Positions 60,110-64,000 of a stretch of DNA of 64,000 nucleotides are shown piece after piece. The position numbers and the translations under genes are program-made. Every line of letters starts with the position of its first letter. Position 1 is the stretch's first letter. The notes below the pieces were generated by a model. The model searched no databases and was not told the DNA's origin. It worked only from the letters and a program-made list of their open reading frames with translations. Source of the DNA: an uncultured virus (IMG/VR IMGVR_UViG_3300029319_000024) (taxonomy: Duplodnaviria; Heunggongvirae; Uroviricota; Caudoviricetes); the IMG/VR virus record IMGVR_UViG_3300029319_000024, positions 1 to 64,000 of that record; one strand, written 5' to 3'.

Positions 60110-60598
60110 ATGAGTAAAAAAGAAGAATTAGAAAAAATATTCATTTATAGACTTGTTGTTGTTATAGGGTTAATTCTTTTTCTGGGGATATTAGGGATTA
60201 ATCTTAAAGCCGACACTATAACCCATAAATTTAAAAATCCCAGTTTTAATGGGATAGGTACTTCGTCCCATTATCTTACGATTGAAAACCAAGAATTTAA
60301 TCGTAAGATGAGTATAAAAGAAGAAATTAAAGCAATACAAGAACAAATTGAAAGAGATAAAGAAAATACTACATTAGCTAGATTTATTAGGAATCTTGAG
60401 TCACGTATCTATGCACAGTTATCAAGACAGTTGGTAGAAAATTTGTTCGGAGAAACTCCTAGCACTGAAGGAACTTTAACCTTAGAGGGCAACACTATAC
60501 AATATAGTATCAAAGACGGAGTTATAAGTTTAATTATTACCGATGCAGATGGAAATGTCACAGAGATACAGTTGCCTATTGGCGATTTTTCTTTCTAG
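60110..60598 (+). CDS. csgF: CsgF-family curli assembly component
   Basis: Signal peptide followed by DTITHKFKNPSFNG (CsgF N-terminal F.NP.F.G); immediately upstream of csgG. Confidence 0.85.
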   Translation: MSKKEELEKIFIYRLVVVIGLILFLGILGINLKADTITHKFKNPSFNGIGTSSHYLTIENQEFNRKMSIKEEIKAIQEQIERDKENTTLARFIRNLESRIYAQLSRQLVENLFGETPSTEGTLTLEGNTIQYSIKDGVISLIITDADGNVTEIQLPIGDFSF

Positions 60599-61412
60599 TT
60601 GTAGTTTAGCTCCTGTAGATACTAATTTACAACAAGGTAAAACTTTACCTAGTGTATTACAAATACAATCTGAAGAATTATTAAACGCACCACAACCTAA
60701 AGTACCTATCGTTGTAGCAGTATACCCTAATAGTTTTACTGACCAAACAGGACAACGTAAAAGCAATAGTGAGTTTGCTTTATTTAGTACAGCACTAACC
60801 CAAGCTCCTAGTCATTTATTAATTAGAAGTTTAAAACATACAGCTAATGGTAAATTTTTTAGAGTTGCCGAAAGAGTTGGATTAGATAACCTTACAAAAG
60901 AAAGACAACTAATTCGTTCTGCTAGAGAACAAAACGAAGCAACAGATGGACCTAAACCCATTATGCCGTTATTATTTGCAGGTGTTCTTATGGAAGGTGC
61001 CGTAATTGGGTATGACACAAATATTAAAAGCGGTGGTATTGGTGCAAGATATTTAGGTATTGGAATGAGTAAACAGTATCGTATAGACAATATAACAGTT
61101 GCTTTACGTATGGTTTCCATAGCTACAGGAGAAGTATTAATTGATGTTTTGGTGAATAAACAAATTTATAGTTATGGACAATCACAAGATGTTTTTAGGT
61201 TTATTGAAGCAGGTACAGAACTTGTAGAAATAGAAACAGGAGATGCAGAAAACGAGCCTACAACGTTAGCATTACAGAGAGCTATTGAGGCGTCTGTTTT
61301 GCAAATCGTCAAAATAGGGTATGATAAAGGTTTTTGGGAGGAAAAAAATGAAGCAATTAAAATTGATGAGCCTGATTGCGATGCTGAGTGTATTGACAAC
61401 ATACGCGGCTGA
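60543..61412 (+). CDS. csgG: CsgG-family outer-membrane curli secretion lipoprotein
   Basis: Lipobox LSSC; FTDQTGQRK, FSTALTQ, ERVGLDNLTKERQLIR, GGIGARYLGIG; start may be ATG 60555. Confidence 0.95.
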   Translation: MQMEMSQRYSCLLAIFLSSCSLAPVDTNLQQGKTLPSVLQIQSEELLNAPQPKVPIVVAVYPNSFTDQTGQRKSNSEFALFSTALTQAPSHLLIRSLKHTANGKFFRVAERVGLDNLTKERQLIRSAREQNEATDGPKPIMPLLFAGVLMEGAVIGYDTNIKSGGIGARYLGIGMSKQYRIDNITVALRMVSIATGEVLIDVLVNKQIYSYGQSQDVFRFIEAGTELVEIETGDAENEPTTLALQRAIEASVLQIVKIGYDKGFWEEKNEAIKIDEPDCDAECIDNIRG

Positions 61413-62064
61413 TAACGAAATACACGTAGACCAAAGCGGAGCTACAGCTAACATAGATTTAGAACAACTTGGTTCTGGTAACATAATCGGTGGTTTGCAA
61501 TCTACAGCAGGAAGTTTAACCGCTCTTGATTTAGACGGAACTTCGTTAACTCTTGATATTAACCAAATAGGTGATACAAACAAATTTCTTGGTGATATAT
61601 TAGGGGACTCTGTAACAGGCTTTTTTGAATTTGATGGTGATAGTAATACTTTTACTATTCAAGGCGACCCCACTAATACTTATGGTATTGATAATTCAAA
61701 TTATAATGTTGATGTTACAGGCAGTTCTAACACATTCACATTAGACCATGGAACAAGTGCATTAGCTGCTACATTAGATTTAGATTGGATTATACAGGGT
61801 GAAAGTAATACATTTGACTTTGATATAAATTACGACGGTGGTACTTCTTATGTTGATGTTGATGGTGATAGTAATACTTTAAACTTTACAGGCTCTGGTT
61901 ATGCTGGTGGCTATTTTTATTTAGACCAAACAGGTAATTCTAGAACATTTAATATTACACAATCAAGTACATTAGATAATGACTGGCTCAAAATTATATC
62001 TATTGGTAATAGTGGTACTGTTTGCGTCATTCAAAACGACGGCGGAACAAGCACAAGCTGCTGA
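61348..62064 (+). CDS. Curlin-like secreted protein, copy B
   Basis: Close homolog of 275-991; GGAGG RBS before ATG 61348. Confidence 0.75.
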   Translation: MKQLKLMSLIAMLSVLTTYAADNEIHVDQSGATANIDLEQLGSGNIIGGLQSTAGSLTALDLDGTSLTLDINQIGDTNKFLGDILGDSVTGFFEFDGDSNTFTIQGDPTNTYGIDNSNYNVDVTGSSNTFTLDHGTSALAATLDLDWIIQGESNTFDFDINYDGGTSYVDVDGDSNTLNFTGSGYAGGYFYLDQTGNSRTFNITQSSTLDNDWLKIISIGNSGTVCVIQNDGGTSTSC

Positions 62065-63094
62065 TATTGGAGATATATCTGAACTAAACGGCTCTGCTCA
62101 AATTGTAAGAGATAAACCTTACGACGCTAATTTAAAATTTGCTATACAAAGTAATGACGAAGCTATAACTAAAAATGGTCGTATGGCTATTACTTTTCTT
62201 GACGAGTCTGTAGTAAAACTTACCGAACATTCACAACTTCTCATAGATGAATATATTTATGACCCTGACCCCAGTAAAGCCAAAATGGCACTTACCTTTG
62301 GTCTTGGTACAGCAAGGTTTATTACTGGCAATTTAAATCGTATAGATAAACAAAATATACAATTAAAAACTCCTACAGCAAATATAGCTATTCGTGGTAC
62401 TGATTTTACTGCTACGGTTGATGAACTAGGTCGTTCACTTATTATATTATTGCCTGACCCTTTTGGTCTTTCTAGTGGCGAAATAGAGGTAGTTACAGCA
62501 ACTGGTAGTGTTTTATTAAATAAACCTTATCAAGCTACAACTGTTTCTGTGTGGGAAAGCACTCCCACTAAACCTGTAATATTAGATTTAACTTTAGATA
62601 TTATAGATAATATGTTAATTGTTACGCCACCAAAAGAAGACGCTGTTGTACAAGAAGAAGCAACTACAGCTAAAACAGTTAATTTATTAGATTTTAATGA
62701 TTTAGATATAGATTATTTAGCAGAAGATTTTTTAGAAGATAATAGTTTAGAGTTTACAGAATTAGATATTAATTACCTTGATGTTAATTTTTTAGAAGAT
62801 TTATTAAATGTATTAGACGCTCTTGCTATAGAAAAAGAAGAAGACCAATTAGCGTTAGCTACAGGGGTGAATGTTTCTGGTACTTTAATTGGTCAAGACT
62901 CAGATACACAAATAACTACAATAGTAACAGGACAGGTTATAAGTTTACGTAGGAAAGTAAGTGAGTCTGTGCAATTAGATTTAAATTCAGGAAACGGTTA
63001 TACAGTAATTTTGATACAAGACGGAGTATCTAATATAATAAAAATCAATGGTGGAGGAGACTCTGTTATAACGATTAACCAAAGTAGCGGATGA
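61979..63094 (+). CDS. FecR-domain protein, copy B
   Basis: Close homolog of 906-2021. Confidence 0.85.
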   Translation: MTGSKLYLLVIVVLFASFKTTAEQAQAADIGDISELNGSAQIVRDKPYDANLKFAIQSNDEAITKNGRMAITFLDESVVKLTEHSQLLIDEYIYDPDPSKAKMALTFGLGTARFITGNLNRIDKQNIQLKTPTANIAIRGTDFTATVDELGRSLIILLPDPFGLSSGEIEVVTATGSVLLNKPYQATTVSVWESTPTKPVILDLTLDIIDNMLIVTPPKEDAVVQEEATTAKTVNLLDFNDLDIDYLAEDFLEDNSLEFTELDINYLDVNFLEDLLNVLDALAIEKEEDQLALATGVNVSGTLIGQDSDTQITTIVTGQVISLRRKVSESVQLDLNSGNGYTVILIQDGVSNIIKINGGGDSVITINQSSG

Positions 63095-64000
63095 AGAAAC
63101 TTATATTTATATTATTACCTTTATTAGCATTACCTTTATTGTTTCAAAGCACGCCTACAGAAATATTAAAATTAAAAACTTTTGATGCTTTAATAAAAGA
63201 ACAAGAGCCTAGCGGTAATTTTGTAATACTTAATATAACTGAAGAAGATGTAGAGCGGGAAGGTGGTTATCCATTACCTAGGAAAAGATTAGCAGATATA
63301 CAATTAGAAATATTAGGTAAAGGTGCACTTGGGGTTGGTTGGGTTATTAGTTTTCCACAAGCAGATAGACTTATGGGAGATGAAGATTTTGCTAGGTCTT
63401 TAGGATACGCTCCGAGTGTATTAGCTACTTTTGAAGACGGTAATCAAAACTATCCTAAAACAACAGGCACCGTTATTAAAGGTCCTGATGTTAAGGGATT
63501 AGCGTCTACAGGAGTTAAACAAAATTTTTATTTATATGATGATATAGCACAAGGAGTTGCTATAGCCCCCACAGAAGTAGACCAACTTGTTAGGCGTATT
63601 CCTCTATTATTAAAAACGCCTGACGGTTGGGCTCCTTCTTTTGGAGTTCATGTGTTAAAAAATTTAACAGGAGCTCGTACTTATATAATTACTACTAATG
63701 ATAACGGAGTGCAAGAAATAGCTGTTAGGGGAATACCACCAGTTAAAACAGATAGTCTTGGGCGTAAGTGGATTAGTTGGGTAAAAACAGAAGAAACTAA
63801 TTTACAAGAAATGGATGTAAACGGTAAGTTTGTTTTCGTAGGAGTTACAGCAAATGGTGTAATGCCGCAAATTGCAACACCTGTTGGTTTATTAGAACCA
63901 CATAAAATACAAGCAGCGTTATCTGAAAGCGTATTAATACAAAATAGTCCTTATATTCCTGATTACGCTTTAGCTTTAGAACTTTTAATATTTATAGCGT
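63091..64000 (+). CDS. CHASE2 adenylate cyclase, copy B (truncated by window end)
   Basis: ATG 63091 MKKLIFILLP...FQSTPTEILKLK; homolog of 2018-3781. Confidence 0.9.
   Translation, partial: MKKLIFILLPLLALPLLFQSTPTEILKLKTFDALIKEQEPSGNFVILNITEEDVEREGGYPLPRKRLADIQLEILGKGALGVGWVISFPQADRLMGDEDFARSLGYAPSVLATFEDGNQNYPKTTGTVIKGPDVKGLASTGVKQNFYLYDDIAQGVAIAPTEVDQLVRRIPLLLKTPDGWAPSFGVHVLKNLTGARTYIITTNDNGVQEIAVRGIPPVKTDSLGRKWISWVKTEETNLQEMDVNGKFVFVGVTANGVMPQIATPVGLLEPHKIQAALSESVLIQNSPYIPDYALALELLIFIA

Larger units (their letters stand above)
61074..64000. repeat. Imperfect long direct repeat, copy 2
   Basis: Colinear with 1-2933. Confidence 0.95.

Noticed and set aside
61074..64000. Terminal redundancy proving a closed 61,073-bp circular genome
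   Set aside because: The copies differ by many substitutions and indels, so this is not an assembly overlap or an identical terminal repeat.

Overview
AT-rich tailed-phage DNA, most likely a short-tailed (podovirus-like) aquatic phage, covering about one genome length; I saw no host genes, integrase or tRNAs. Layout: (1) 1-3.8 kb, a csgG / curlin-like / FecR / CHASE2-adenylate-cyclase module; (2) 3.8-15.6 kb, holin, lysozyme, tail nozzle and internal virion proteins; (3) 15.6-27.2 kb, divergent replication and recombination arms (PD-(D/E)XK nuclease, SF2 helicase, DUF669-like SSB, Sak4-like ATPase; then Cro-like HTH, primase-polymerase/helicase, two DNA methyltransferases, a putative origin, small terminase); (4) 27.2-35.5 kb, many tiny minus-strand early genes including xseB, with repeat arrays; (5) 35.7-55.9 kb, terminase, portal, GroES-like protein, capsid, small basic proteins, tail genes and tail fibre; (6) 55.9-64 kb, second diverged copies of the nozzle and a lysozyme, a thermonuclease, and a second csgF-csgG-curlin-FecR-CHASE2 module truncated by the window end. 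The most interesting element is this curli-secretion/FecR/adenylate-cyclase operon, which looks like a phage-encoded trans-envelope signalling system and has overprinted signal peptides. By manual reading, 52246-64000 has no GATC while the rest has many, so the window is a mosaic of two lineages (natural recombinant or scaffolding chimera; N gaps at 33357 and 59639). All calls come from motif recognition by eye, not database searches.
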